From: an uncultured Chloroflexia bacterium
Lineage (GTDB): Bacteria; Chloroflexota; Limnocylindria; Limnocylindrales; CSP1-4
DNA length: 64,000 bases
NCBI GenBank assembly: GCA_963736025.1
Contig: CAVTNH010000004.1
Coordinates: 25,309 to 89,308 of the forward strand
Direction of reading: 5' to 3'
Shown here: piece by piece, positions 30,085 to 40,549 of the stretch
Layout: the number at the start of each line of letters is the position of its first letter
Numbering within the stretch: position 1 is the stretch's first letter
Position numbers and translations under genes: made by a program
Notes under the pieces: generated by a model
Databases searched by the model: none
Told to the model about the DNA's origin: nothing
What the model saw: only the letters and a program-made list of their open reading frames with translations

Positions 30085-30977
30085 ATGCCCTTCGGACTCC
30101 TGACCGGTCTCGGTGCCGCCTTGTCCTGGGGCACGCTCGACGTCATCACCGCGCTCGCGAGCCGGGTCATCGGCAGCCTGCGGGTCACGGCCGGCATGCA
30201 GTTCGTGAGCGCCGTCATCTTCGTCGCCCTGCGCTCGTCACCGGCACCGCATCTGCCGACCGAACCGGGCGTCGTTCGCGATCGCCGCGCTGCTCGGGTT
30301 CATCGGTGCGGGCGCGTACCTCTCCTACTTCACCGGGCTGCAGCACGGTCCGATCTCGGTGGTCAGCGGGGTCGTCGCGGCCTTCGGCGGCCTCACGGTC
30401 GTGCTGTCGGTCGTCTTCCGCGGCGAGAGCCTCACGACGCTCCAGGCCGCCGGCGCGACGATCGCGACCGTCGGCGTCGTCCTGACCGGCATCGCCTTCG
30501 ATGGCGGCTGGCGTGCGACCCGGTTCGCCGGCCCGGGCGTGATCTTCGCGATCGTCGCGCTCGTCCTCTTCGCGCTGATGACGATGGTCACCGACATCGC
30601 GCTCGAGACGATGGAGTGGCTCCAGGTGTACTCACTCGCGCGCGGCGTCAACGCGGCGATCTCGATCGTCGTTCTCGTCGTGCTCGCGCGCACGGAGCCA
30701 GCGGTCGAGCCGGCGCCCGGTCGGTGGGCCCGCCTGGTCGGAGCGCCGGATCGTCGGCGCGATCGTCCTGGCCGCCGTGCTCGACGTCCTCGGGCTCATC
30801 GCGTTCGCGATCGGCCTCGAATCCGCCCCGACATGGATGGTCGGCCTGGCCGCGTCGTTCGGGCCGGCGGTGACGATCGTGGTCGCCGTCGCGTTCCTCG
30901 GCGAGCGCCTCAAGCCGATCCAGTGGTTCGGGCTGGCCGGCGTGGCGGTCGGGATGATCGCGATCGGGCTGCCGTAG
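30085..30977 (+). CDS. EamA/DMT-family transporter, at least 3 frame disruptions
   Basis: Hydrophobic fragments in ORFs 30085.., 30359.. and 30777.. (GLGAALSWGTLDVI...; ...AFLGERLKPIQWFGLAGVAVGMIAIGLP). Confidence 0.6.
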
Positions 30978-31009
30978 CGGCCGCGGGCCGCCGCGCCTCG
31001 CGTGCCTGC

Positions 31010-32249
31010 TCAGTCGGGCTCGAGCGGGTCGCACGGCTCGGGCCGGCGGTCGGCTCGAGCATCACGCGCAGCCTCGCAGATCCTGGAGAGGCTCAAGACC
31101 CGCCGGGCGCCTGCGCCGGTCGACGCCAGACTGTGGCCGGTCGGGGCGGGGAGCCGTCGGCTCGGCTGAGGCGGACCGACGGTCCAGCCCGGGAGGCTGA
31201 ACCAGACGCGCGTCAGGCCGTCGCCCGACTCCGCGCCGACGCGGCCGCCCGCCGCTTCGACGAGCTGCTTGACGATCGGCGAGCCCGATGCCGGCGCCGC
31301 CGCGCGCGCGGTCGCGCGACTTCTCGACGCGGTAGAAGCGCTCGAAGACGCGCTCGAGGTCGTCGGGCGGGATCCCGTCGCCGGTGTTGATGACCGAGAC
31401 GAGCAGGTCCGCCGGGCCGTCGCTCCGCACGGACCGTGACCGTGCCGCCGGCCGGCGTGTAGCGGGCCGCGTTCGAGAGCAGGTTGGCGAGCACCTGGGC
31501 GAGCTGGTCCGGGTTGGCCCGCGCCGGCAGCCGGTCCGGGCAGCTCGATCACGACCGTGAGCCCGGCGCGCTCGAGGGCGGGCTGGGCCAGGTCGACCGC
31601 CGATCCGCACGGCCGCCGACAGGTCGAGCTCGACGACCTCGGGCGCGCCGACCGCCGCGTCGCCTTCGGCGAGCGCGTCGAGCGAGCGCGACAGCCGGAC
31701 GAGCCGGTCGGCCTCCTCGCAGAGCGACTCGTAGGTCGCCCGGTCGGCGGTGATGACGCCGTCGCGCAGGGCCTCGAGGTAGCCCTGCAGGTTCGTCAGC
31801 GGCGTCCGCAGCTCGTGCGCCGCGTTGGCGATGAAGTCGCGGCGCATCGCCTCCTGGCGCTCGAGGCTGGCGGCCATCTGGTTGAACGAATCGGCGAGCG
31901 ACGCCAGCTCCTCCGGGCCCTCGCGCGGGACGCGCGCGGCGTAGTCGCCTTCGGCGACGCGCCGGGCAGCGGCGCCGACCTCGGCCAGCGGCCGGGCCAG
32001 CATCCGGGCCAGGACGACGGCGAGCACGATGCTCGCGAGGGCGGCCAGGACGAACGCCGCGACGACGACGACCGTGACCGACTGGTCGTACATCGCTCGC
32101 GCGTGCTCGGCCGAGTCGCCGGCTTCGACCATCAGCGCGGTGAAGACGTCGGCGCCGACGACGGCCACGCCGACGGCGAGGATGACGAGCCCGACGGCGG
32201 CCGAGGCGAGGGCGGCCAGCGCGATCCGGACCGCGATGCCGCGACCCAT
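31010..32249 (-). CDS. sensor histidine kinase (2 TM, HAMP, HisKA, HATPase_c), at least 5 frame disruptions in the ATPase half
   Basis: MGRGIAVRIALAAL...ARPLAEVGAAARRVAEGDY (HAMP), FIANAAHELRTPLT (H-box), LANLLSNAARYTP (N-box), DTGDGIPPDDLERVFERFYR and GGAGIGLAIVKQLVEAAGG, spread over three frames. Confidence 0.8.
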
Positions 32250-33026
32250 CAGGCGCGCCGGATCGACGCGCGCGGCCCGGTAGCCGACGCCACGGACCGT
32301 GGCGACGTAGCGCGGCTGCTCGGCGTCGTCGCCGAGCTTGTCGCGCAGCCGGCCGACGTGGACGTCGATCGTCCGGTCGAGGATCTCGGCGCCGTCGTCG
32401 CCGTAGACCGCGTCGAGGAGCTGGTCGCGCGAGAGGACGCGGCCGTCGGCGGCGAGGATCGTCTCGAGGAGGCGGAACTCGACGCGCGTCAGGTCGATCG
32501 GGCGGCCGCCGGCGGACCTCGTGGCGGTCGGGGTCGAGGACGCAGGTCGCCGTGCCGGATGATCGACTTCGGGCGGGCCGGTCTGGCGTCTGCCGCGGTC
32601 GGCGCGGTGCGACGTCGGCGTCGCCCGCCGCAGGATCGACTTCACGCGCAGGACGAGCTCGGCCGGCGAGAACGGCTTGGGCAGGTAGTCGTCGGCGCCG
32701 TCCTCGAGGCCGGCGATGCGGTCGATGGTCGTGCCGCGCGCGGACAGGATGATGATCGGCGTCGCGGCCGCCTCGTCGTCGCGGCGGACGGCCCGGATGA
32801 CGGCCCGCCCGTCCAGCTCGGGGAGCATCAGGTCGAGGACGACGAGCGCCGGCCGGTGGGTCTCGATGGCGTCGAGCGCGGCCGGCCCGTCGGCCGCGGT
32901 GACGACCGCGTACCCCTCGCGTTCGAGGTAGGTCCGCACCAGGCGGACGATCTTCGCGTCGTCGTCGACGACGAGGATCGGGCGCTCGGGTCGTGGCTCG
33001 GTCGGGGCGGCGGGCATCGGCAGCAT
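32249..33026 (-). CDS. OmpR-family response regulator, compensating frame disruptions in the linker and near the stop
   Basis: ILVVDDDAKIVRLV...VVLDLMLPELDG...DDYLPKPFSPAELV (receiver) and IDLTRVEFRLLETIL...VHVGRLRDKL...TVRGVGYR (winged helix). A TGATG junction with the kinase start is visible at 32247-32251 in the +1 frame. Confidence 0.8.
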
Positions 33027-33041
33027 GGTAGGGGAGCGAGG

Positions 33042-33883
33042 CTAGCCTCGGTCGTGTCGGTGAGCGTGACGGTCGGTGAGGGTGACGGCCAGATCCACGG
33101 CCGGGCGGTATCGGTCGTCGAGTTCGTCATCAGTGGCCTCGAAGCCGCCTTCGACGGCCGCCACGATCCGATAGATCAGGGCTCGTGCGAGGAACTGCTC
33201 GAAACGGTCGAGGTGGGCGACGGCCGCGAGCAGGGTCTCGTCCGCGCCCTCCCAGACGAGCGCATCGGCGACGACGATCGCGCTGGCGAATGCGGGCGGG
33301 CGCCAGCACAGCGAGACATCGATGACCGCGGGCGCGAGCGCGTCGTCGAACAGGATGTTGCCGGTCAGGTCGCCGTGGATGAGCTGGTTCGCGCGGTCAG
33401 CGGCTCCAGGACGTCTGCGAGTCGGGCGACCTGATCGATGTGCCGGTAGGGCTCGAGCGGCGCCTCGCCCCACGCGACGCGATCGCCGATCGCCCACGGG
33501 TCGGTCCGCGCGGCGATGAACGCCGGTCGAGGGAGCCCGGCGATCGCGCGGTGGAAACGCTCGCCGACGGCGATGACCTCGGCCCATCGACCGGGTCGGT
33601 GCTCGCCGGCGAGGTACGACCAGGCCGCCCAGCCGTCCACCACGAGCGCACCGTTGGCGGCGCGTTGCGGCAGGGCGAGGCGGAACCCGTCGGCGCGGAC
33701 CGTTGGCAGGACGTCGGCCTGCCACTCGAGCTCCGCCCGAGGTCGGCTGGCTTCAGGACGAGATCGTCGACACGCCAGGCCAGGCCCCGACCGCCCGGCA
33801 ACGCCACCGGTGCCGCGGCACGTCCGAAGGCGCGGCGCACGTGCTCGGGCTGGAGGCTGCCCGACCGAGTTCGAACGGGTCAT
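33042..33883 (-). CDS. phosphotransferase-fold protein (actinobacterial TIGR02569-like), at least 3 frame disruptions
   Basis: ...LPGGRGLAWRVDDLVLKP...ELEWQADVL...VVDGWAAWSYLAGEH...NQLIHGDLTGNILFDD...VIDVSLCWRPPAFA..., assembled from ORFs 33365.., 33397.. and 33042... Confidence 0.55.
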
Positions 33884-33931
33884 CGACCCATGGTAGGGCG
33901 GTGAATCGGCCAGATTCGGGGCTTGTCTGAC

Positions 33932-33947
33932 TAGAACAGATGTTCTA
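33932..33947. promoter_or_regulatory. LexA-type SOS box TAGAACAGATGTTCTA
   Basis: Perfect GAAC-N4-GTTC palindrome 14 nt upstream of the imuA' ATG. Near-identical copy at 43772-43787. Confidence 0.75.
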
Positions 33948-33960
33948 ATCTAGCGGTCCG

Positions 33961-35088
33961 ATGTCGACCGCCAATGGAGATGTGGACGCCGCTGTCGCGG
34001 GCCTCCGGGCTCGATGGGGTGCCGCAGCTCCGCGGGTGATGGGGGCCCTGGCCCTGGCGTCCGCGCCGGCGGTCGCATCGGACCAGGACGATGAGCCCCA
34101 GTACGAGCCCGAGCCCCACGTCGCCGACGACGACCGGGTCATCCACACCGGGTTCGCCGCGCTCGATGCGATCCTCGGGCCGGGCGGCCTCCCGAAGTCG
34201 GCCAGCGTCGCGATCCGCGGCGACGGCTCCAGCGGCCGGACGACGCTCTCGCTGCGCGTCGTCGCCGAGGCCCAGGCGCAGGGCTCGGTGGTGGCCTGGC
34301 TGGACCTCTCGCGCAGCTTCGACCCGGTCGAGGCGGTCGCCCGCGGCGTCCGGCTGGAGTGGCTCGTCGTCATCACGCCGGCCAGCCTGGACGAGGGCCT
34401 CTCGATCGCGGGCTCGCTCCTGGCCGGCCGCTCGGTCGACCTGCTCGTCCTCGACCTGCCCGGCGGTCGACTGGCGAAGACCGACAAGCCGGCCAAGGTC
34501 GCCGACCGCCTGCATCGACTCGCCGCGCTCGCCCGTCGGGCGGAGACCCTGCTCCTGATCCTCGATGCGCCCGGGCTCTCCGGCGGCCTCGCGACCGCGG
34601 TCGCAGAGTCGAGCGGCCTGCGCCTCGAGCTCGCGCGACGGTCGTGGATCCGGCTCGGGCGCGACATCGTCGGCCAGCGGACGGAGGCGCTGGTCGCACG
34701 CAATCGATACGGCCCGCCGGGGCGGCGGGCGACGCTCCGGATCCTCTACGCGGACGGCGGCGAACGCGACGCCTGCCTCCGCCGGGACGACCTCCTCATC
34801 GAGGCGATCCCCACCGTCGACCAGGCCCCCGCCACCGACATCGAACGGACCCACCGCGATGCGACTGCTCCACCTCTACCGCCCGCACCTCCCGCTCGAT
34901 CTGGCGACGGCCCGCGCCTCCGAGCCCTTCCCGCCGGGCCCGCTCGTGCTGGGCGGCCGGCCGTGGGATCCGGGGACCGTCATCGACGCGAACCGCGACG
35001 CCCGGGCGCTCGGCGTCCGGCGGGGGATCCCGCTGGCGAACGCCCATCGACTCGCACCGGAGGCGGTCTTCGTCGATCCGGATCCTGA
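33961..35088 (+). CDS. imuA: ImuA'-like RecA-fold SOS mutasome protein; the last ~230 nt overlap imuB, so the true stop may be masked by an indel
   Basis: HTGFAALDAILGPGGLPKSASVAIRGDGSSGRTTLSLRVVAEAQ...LLVLDLP (degenerate RecA/KaiC-like P-loop). SOS box upstream, imuB downstream. Confidence 0.65.
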   Translation: MSTANGDVDAAVAGLRARWGAAAPRVMGALALASAPAVASDQDDEPQYEPEPHVADDDRVIHTGFAALDAILGPGGLPKSASVAIRGDGSSGRTTLSLRVVAEAQAQGSVVAWLDLSRSFDPVEAVARGVRLEWLVVITPASLDEGLSIAGSLLAGRSVDLLVLDLPGGRLAKTDKPAKVADRLHRLAALARRAETLLLILDAPGLSGGLATAVAESSGLRLELARRSWIRLGRDIVGQRTEALVARNRYGPPGRRATLRILYADGGERDACLRRDDLLIEAIPTVDQAPATDIERTHRDATAPPLPPAPPARSGDGPRLRALPAGPARAGRPAVGSGDRHRREPRRPGARRPAGDPAGERPSTRTGGGLRRSGS

Positions 35089-36387
35089 GGCGGACCGGGC
35101 CGCGGCCGAGGCCGCCTTCGAGGCGCTCGCCGCGTTCAGCCCGGGTCTCGCCGGGACGACCGATCCGGCCGACGCGGCCTTCGGGCTGTTCGAGGTCCAG
35201 GTCGATGGCCTCGAGCCGTTGTGGGGCCCCGAGCCGGTCCTCGTCGAGCGGCTGACCGCGGCGCTTGCCGCGACCCTGCCGGGGAGTGCCGGGACCACGT
35301 TCCGTGCCGGGATCGCCGGCACGCGCTTCGCCGCGACCATCGCCGCGGTCCATGCCCGCGACGGCCGGCCGGTCATCGTGCCGCCCGGTGACGAGGCGGC
35401 GTTCCTCGCCCCGTATCGGTCGGGCCTGCTCAGCCAGGACCCCGACGTCCGGGCCCGGCTCACCCGCTTCGGGCTGCGCCGGATCGGCGCGGTGGCGGAG
35501 CTCGCCCGGTCCGCGCTCGTCGCCCGGTTCGGGGAGGAGGGCGCGCGGCTCCACGCCCGGGCGCGCGGCGAGGAGACCGATCCGTTCCGCCCGCGCCGGA
35601 CCCCGGAGCGGCTGGCCCTGCACCTCCCGATCGAGCCGCCGTCGGAGGAGCTCGAGTCGCTCCGCTTCGTCCTCCACCGGCTGGCCGGCGCGCTCACCGA
35701 TCAGCTGCTGGCGCGCGGCCTGGCCGCGACCCGGGCGCACCTGCGACTGGAGCTGGACCTCGCGTTCGCCCGGGCCGGGACGCGCGCCCGAGGTGGCCGT
35801 CGAGCAGCGCTTCCCCGAGCCGACCGCCGACGCCGAGGCGATCGAGCGCCTCCTGTTCGCCCGGCTGGAACGGACCCGCCGCTGGCCGCGGTGGCGCGCC
35901 TGGACCTGGAGCTCGCCGGCGCGGAGCCGGCCGTCGGTCAGCAGCTCCCGTTGTTCGTGCCGCAGGCCGCCCGCGACGCGCGGCTCGGCTGGCAGTCTGG
36001 CGCGTCTCGCGCTGACGTTCGGGGAGGATCGGGTCCGGCGGGTCGCGCTGCTCGACCCCGAGGCGCCGCTCCCCGAGGCGCGCTGGACGTGGCGGGGTCG
36101 GTCGGAGCTGGGTCGGCCGGGGGATCGGGGAGCGGCGATGACCCGCCTGCTGCGCGAGCACCCGGCGCATCGAGGTCGAGACCGACGCGACCGGCCAGCC
36201 CGTCGCGATCGTCTGGAACGGCCGACGCGAGCCGGTCGAGGTCTGCAATCGCTGGCGGGTGGAGGAGGCCTGGTGGCGCGAGCCGATCGCCCGCGACTAC
36301 GTCAAGGTCGTCGGTCCGCGCTGGCTCGCGCTCGTCTACCTCGACCGGGTCGACGGCACGTGGCACCTCGAACGCCTCTACGACTGA
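34859..36387 (+). CDS. imuB: ImuB, Y-family-polymerase-like mutasome subunit, at least 4 frame disruptions in the C-terminal half
   Basis: MRLLHLYRPHLPLDLA...GRPWDPGTVIDANRDARALGVRRGIPLANA...FGLRRIGAVAELARSALVARFG.... Ends ...WNGRREPVEVCNRWRVEEAWWREPIARDYVKVV...HLERLYD at 36387. Confidence 0.75.
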
Positions 36388-36437
36388 CACGACAAAGAGG
36401 CCGGACGCTCGTGGCGCTCGGCCCTGCCGCGCGTCGG

Positions 36438-36875
36438 TCAGCGTCGCGGCCGATCCGACCCAGGTGCGTGTCCTGGAACGAGGTCGGCAGCTTCAGGCCG
36501 TACCCGGCCAGCCGGTCCATGCCGCTGTGGGCGACGAGGATCGCGCCGACCGCGACGACCGGCACGGATCCGAGCGCCAGGCCGAGGCCCGCGACGACGA
36601 CACCCGTCGAACAGGTCGTGGACGACGTTGTAGACGATGGCCCCGACCCGCGGGCCGCGCAGGTAGCCGATCGCCGACACGTCCGGCACGAGCAGCAGCA
36701 GCGCGAAGGCGTACCACGGCACGCCCAGCCAGAGGAAGCCGGCGAGGCCGGCCGCGAAGGCCGCCGCCCCTCGAGGCGAAGCCACGGCCGGATCCAGCGC
36801 GTCGCGTCGACCGGCTCCGTCGCGGCGGTCGGGCGTTCGGTCATCGTCGTCGACAGTACGGTCATCTCGGTCTTC
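36438..36875 (-). CDS. DUF4260-like membrane protein, frame-disrupted
   Basis: ...GFLWLGVPWYAFALLLLVPDVSAIGYLRGPRVGAIVYNVVHD... and ...ILVAHSGMDRLAGYGLKLPTSFQDTHLGRIGR in two frames. Confidence 0.5.
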   Translation of the reverse strand, partial: EDRDDRTVDDDDRTPDRRDGAGRRDALDPAVASPRGAAAFAAGLAGFLWLGVPWYAFALLLLVPDVSAIGYLRGPRVGAIVYNVVHDLFDGCRRRGPRPGARIRAGRRGRRDPRRPQRHGPAGRVRPEAADLVPGHAPGSDRPRR

Positions 36876-36911
36876 TCGATCCGGCTTCCGGGGATCGTCC
36901 GTCGTCCCGCG

Positions 36912-36960
36912 TCATGGCTACACTCTATAGCCTTCATGGCTAATGTCAATAGGCTATGAT
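36912..36960. promoter_or_regulatory. low-GC divergent promoter region with repeated GGCTA/TAGCC inverted repeats (candidate TetR operator)
   Basis: catGGCTAcactctaTAGCCttcatGGCTAatgtcaatAGGCTAtg, directly upstream of the TetR gene and the divergent DUF4260 gene. Confidence 0.45.
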
Positions 36961-36968
36961 CGACCGAC

Positions 36969-37564
36969 ATGAGCCCAGCCCCAGCCCGAACCTCACGCGA
37001 CGCCATCGTCTCGGCCGCCCGCGCGATCCTCGAGGAGGACGGCCTCGACGCCGTCACCATGGCCGCCGTCGGCGACCGCGTCGGGGTCCGCGGCCCGTCG
37101 CTGTACAAGCACGTCCCGAACCGCGCGGCGCTGATCCGGGCGGTCGCCGAGGCGGTGACCGCGGACCTCGCCCGGGCGCTGCGACGGCCGTCGCGACCGG
37201 CGACCCGCAGGCGGACCTGCGCGCGGCGGCCCTCGCCTATCGCGCCTTCGTCCACGCGAACCCGAACGGCTACGGGCTGCTGTTCGCGCACGTCGCGCCC
37301 GAGCAGCAGCCCGATCCGGAGGCCGTCGCCGAGACCGGCCGTCCACTCGTCGAGGCGATGGCACTGCTCGTCGGGCCCGACGCGTCGCTCCCGGCGGCGC
37401 GCACGGTCGCGGCCTGGGCGCATGGCTTCGTCAGCATGGAGCTCGCCGGGGCGTTCCGGCTGGGCGGGGACCTCGACGACGCCTACGAGGCCGGGATCGA
37501 GACGATCCTCGCCGGGGTCAGCGCAGGGGCGACCCCAGCGTCAGGGTCACGACGAAGAGGATGA
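36969..37564 (+). CDS. TetR/AcrR family transcriptional regulator, 1 frame disruption near 37185
   Basis: [48 protein letters not shown] (HTH), then the ligand-domain helices in ORF 36956..37564. Confidence 0.8.
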
Positions 37565-37622
37565 GGAACAGGCCCACGACGAGGATGAGGGCCCCGATAT
37601 CTCGCGGTCGAGCTGTCTGCAT
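37518..37622 (-). CDS. 34-aa single-helix membrane micropeptide
   Basis: ATG 37622 preceded by [42 protein letters not shown]. Its 3' end overlaps the convergent TetR 3' end. Confidence 0.35.
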   Translation of the reverse strand: MQTARPRDIGALILVVGLFLILFVVTLTLGSPLR

Positions 37623-37730
37623 GTCGCCTCCCCCAGGCACCCGGACCGAACCCCGCGACGGTCCACCGCCAGCATACGACGCATCCGCGGTCGTTGTCGG
37701 CGCGCACCAGACCTATCGCCTATGGCGGCG

Positions 37731-38280
37731 TTACGGATGCGGGCAGCCGGCTCCGTAGAGGAGAGTCAGCCGACGCGTCCCGCCGAGCGGCGCGATCGTC
37801 ATCGAGACCCGGCAGGCCGGATCGTCGCCTGACGCCTCGAGGATGTAGCCGCCGTCCTCGAACGGCCCCGACAGCGAATCGGTGAAGAAGGCCGCCGTCG
37901 AGAAGGCATCCTGGTACCACGTCGCGAGCGCGGCCGGCTTGGCGCCTTCGACGACGTACACCGCGCGTCGCCGGACCGGTCGCGGCCTCCTCGGACAGGG
38001 TCGCCTCCGGGAAGACCGGGAACCCGCCCGGCGGCGTGTCCCAGATCCGGCCCCACTCCGTCTCGGTCTGGCCCTCCGCGGCCCCGGCACTCGCGGCCGG
38101 CGTCGCCTCGGCGCTTGGCGTCCGTGCCGGCTCGCTCGCCTCGGTGGACGACGATGGCGCAGGACTGATCGATGCGCCGCCCGATGCCGCGGGCGAGACC
38201 GACGGAACGGACGAGCCGCACGCGACGACGGCCAGTGCGATGGCGAGGGAGCCGGCGAGGCGAAACGCGAGTCGGGTCAT
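37731..38280 (-). CDS. lipoprotein, 1 frame disruption near 37975
   Basis: [24 protein letters not shown] lipobox, Ser/Pro/Ala linker. C-terminal domain in ORF 37731..38090 (...[43 protein letters not shown]...). Confidence 0.6.
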
Positions 38281-38334
38281 CGCCGAATCCTACCGGCGGG
38301 CGAGTCGAAGCAGGGAGTTCACGCTCGGGCGGAC

Positions 38335-38568
38335 CTAGTCGTCCTTGATCGTGCGGACGGATCCAGCGTGCCCGGGCAGCCCGGGTGTGATGTCCGCGAC
38401 CCATACCTCGCCAGCCGGCCCGAGGTGCTGGTCTTCGGGAGTCCACGGCGGCTCGCCCGTCTCGTGATGGCGACGACGTGCCGCCTCGCGTCTGGCGCGC
38501 CGGGAGGCCAGCGGCGTGAAGGTCGACCCGCCGGACAGGAATGCACGCAGCCGCGACCACAACGTCAT
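38335..38568 (-). CDS. 77-aa hypothetical protein
   Basis: ORF with coding-like GC3. No recognisable family. Confidence 0.3.
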   Translation of the reverse strand: MTLWSRLRAFLSGGSTFTPLASRRARREAARRRHHETGEPPWTPEDQHLGPAGEVWVADITPGLPGHAGSVRTIKDD

Positions 38569-38714
38569 CGCGCCAGTCTAGGGCCGGCGTGGCAGGGCCC
38601 CGCGTCACGGGATCGACCACGGCAATCGTGGGCTCGGGCGGAGGAGGTCGACTAGATCCCGGGTGCTCGTCCGATACCTGAGCGTTAATCGTGCGTTGAC
38701 CGAGTCACTTCAAG

Positions 38715-39035
38715 GTGTCGGTCATGAGCATGGCCATCAGTCCCAAGCGAGCCACCCTTCTCCTCAAGGAACTTCGCGATGAAGCCGCCTACGCGGTCTA
38801 CGCGGACGGCACGCGTCTGCGACTGGGCCGAGCTCGGATCGTCGCCCACAAGCGTGGGCATGACACGTGGGTCGAGTGGGGCGGCGTCAAGGTCAAGGCG
38901 ACCGGAAGGATCCAGGCGATCGACGTCTGCCAGACCACCGTCGACGTGGTCCCGCAAGCGGTGTTCGAGGGGATGACGTTCTCTGCGAGCGTCCTGTTGG
39001 CGGAGGTCCTGGAGGCGCGCGCTTCGACGCGATAG
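38715..39035 (+). CDS. 106-aa hypothetical protein
   Basis: Non-Arg-rich composition (MSVMSMAISPKRATLLLKELRDEAAYAVYADG...). No recognisable family. Confidence 0.4.
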   Translation: MSVMSMAISPKRATLLLKELRDEAAYAVYADGTRLRLGRARIVAHKRGHDTWVEWGGVKVKATGRIQAIDVCQTTVDVVPQAVFEGMTFSASVLLAEVLEARASTR

Positions 39036-39311
39036 GGCGTTCGCCCCATAGCCACCGGTTCGTTCCGGCGACGACACTGCGGCGGGCACTCACCGGCGAG
39101 CGTCCCCGGCAACACGTCGACGCGCCGTTTGACCCCTTAGGCGGCTCGTCGCGCGGTCGCGCCGGGGGCGTCGCTGGGCCCACCGGCCGTCGGCGGAGAG
39201 TACTGCGTCGATCGGCGTCGCTCGTACCATGGAATCGAGGCACGGCTGCCGTCAGAGTGGCGCCATCGCCGTCGTTCCCCGCCGGCGAACTCCCGACAGC
39301 AGGGGCTCTGC

Positions 39312-39521
39312 ATGCCGTACCAACGCCTCGCCGTCGCCGTCCTGGCCGACTGGTGCGAGGTCCAACGCACCCTGATGACCGTGCGGCCGCGCTCGCGAGA
39401 GGCGTCCCTGCTCCGGAACGAATTGCGCCACCTGCGGGACGAGTACCAGCGGTTGCGCGACGCCGCGGTCCTGTTCCATCTGCCTGTGCCGGCCGCGTTC
39501 CCGTCGCCGCGGCTCGACTGA
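39312..39521 (+). CDS. 69-aa helical hypothetical protein
   Basis: ATG ORF with balanced composition (..LRNELRHLRDEYQRLRDAAV..). Confidence 0.3.
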   Translation: MPYQRLAVAVLADWCEVQRTLMTVRPRSREASLLRNELRHLRDEYQRLRDAAVLFHLPVPAAFPSPRLD

Positions 39522-39529
39522 CCGATCGG

Positions 39530-39670
39530 CTAGTAGCCCGGCGCCAGCGAGGGCGGCGCCGCCGAAGCCGGCGCCGCCGCGCCGGTCGGCACCGGCGTCG
39601 CGCCCGTTGACGGTGAGGTGCACGCCGCCAGCACCAGGGCGATCGCGATCCCCGCGATGAGTCGTTTCAT
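39530..39670 (-). CDS. 46-aa mini-lipoprotein ending ...APGY
   Basis: MKRLIAGIAIALVLAAC (canonical lipobox L-A-A-C), then a Pro/Ala-rich tail ...AAPPSLAPGY. Resembles ORF 7319..7456. Confidence 0.5.
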   Translation of the reverse strand: MKRLIAGIAIALVLAACTSPSTGATPVPTGAAAPASAAPPSLAPGY

Positions 39671-39833
39671 GTCTGGATTTACGCCCGACTCGGCTGAGAA
39701 CCCGCGCGACGTCAGGGTCGTGATCGGGCAGACGCCCGCTGGCTATCATCCGCTTCGTAGCGATCCCCATCACCGCGGCACTTTGGGCGTCGCGGGTGCT
39801 CCTCGCAGCCAGTTGGTAACCAGAGGAGGAGAG

Positions 39834-40143
39834 GTGACCGAGTCGCTTGAAACGCCGCTGAGCCGATGGCGCTACGGCATGCATCCGCACGCGACGGAGA
39901 TGCGGATCCGTCTCCCTTGGGCGCGTCTACCTCCAGCTCGGCGAAGCGCTGCGCCTGGAGATGTCGCCCGTCAGCCCAGACGGAGATGACGACGTTCACC
40001 TCCAGTACTACGTCGCCACGGAGCTGGGCCCGTGGGCGATCTGGATCTCGTGCCCACGAGAGGATGTCGAGGCATGCGAGGCGTCTCTTCGGGACGTCAC
40101 CCCACCCTTCGAGCCGGAGCAACAGAACCAGCCCCAGAAATGA
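39834..40143 (+). CDS. ~100-aa hypothetical protein, 1 frame disruption near 39910-39925
   Basis: GTG after GAGGAGGAGAG. VTESLETPLSRWRYGMHPHATEMRIR... joins ...VYLQLGEALRLEMSPVSPDGDDDVHLQYYVATELGPWAIWISCPREDVEACEASL.... Confidence 0.4.
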
Positions 40144-40173
40144 CGTGACAACCAGACGTCGCTCGGCCTGGAC

Positions 40174-40549
40174 CTAGGCCATCACGATCAACAGGATCGC
40201 GATCGCTGTTGCGGCGATGCCACCGAGTTGAAACGGCAGGCCCATCGAGATCTGTCGGGCCGTGAGTACCTTCGCCGTCGTGTCGTCCACTCCCTTCATC
40301 GCACGCAGCGTCCGGGAGCCCGTGAGCCCGATCCCGAGTGCTGACGCCCCGAGGACGAGACCGAGAACCACGAATGGCCACCATCGGCCGGGTCCCTCTC
40401 GGCCGGGAGAAGATGGCCAGTGCGGCAACGATCCGGGGACCGAGGGTTGCCTGTCCGATGAGGAATGGCAGTGAACCGGCGGCAGCTACCGGATCGACGT
40501 GCACAGTCCTGCCACGGACGATCAGCACGACGCCGACGATGAAGCCCAT
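40174..40549 (-). CDS. small integral membrane protein, frame-disrupted
   Basis: MGFIVGVVLIVRG...LPFLIGQATLGPRIVAALAIF... joins ...WWPFVVLGLVLGASALGIGLTG...GLPFQLGGIAATAIAILLIVMA. Confidence 0.4.

Noticed and set aside
31062-33026. 654-aa ORF suggesting a fused response-regulator/histidine-kinase hybrid
   Set aside because: The receiver plus winged-helix part and the kinase part meet at a TGATG stop/start junction (32247-32251). That junction is out of frame only because of nearby indels, so this is a conventional two-gene RR-HK operon.
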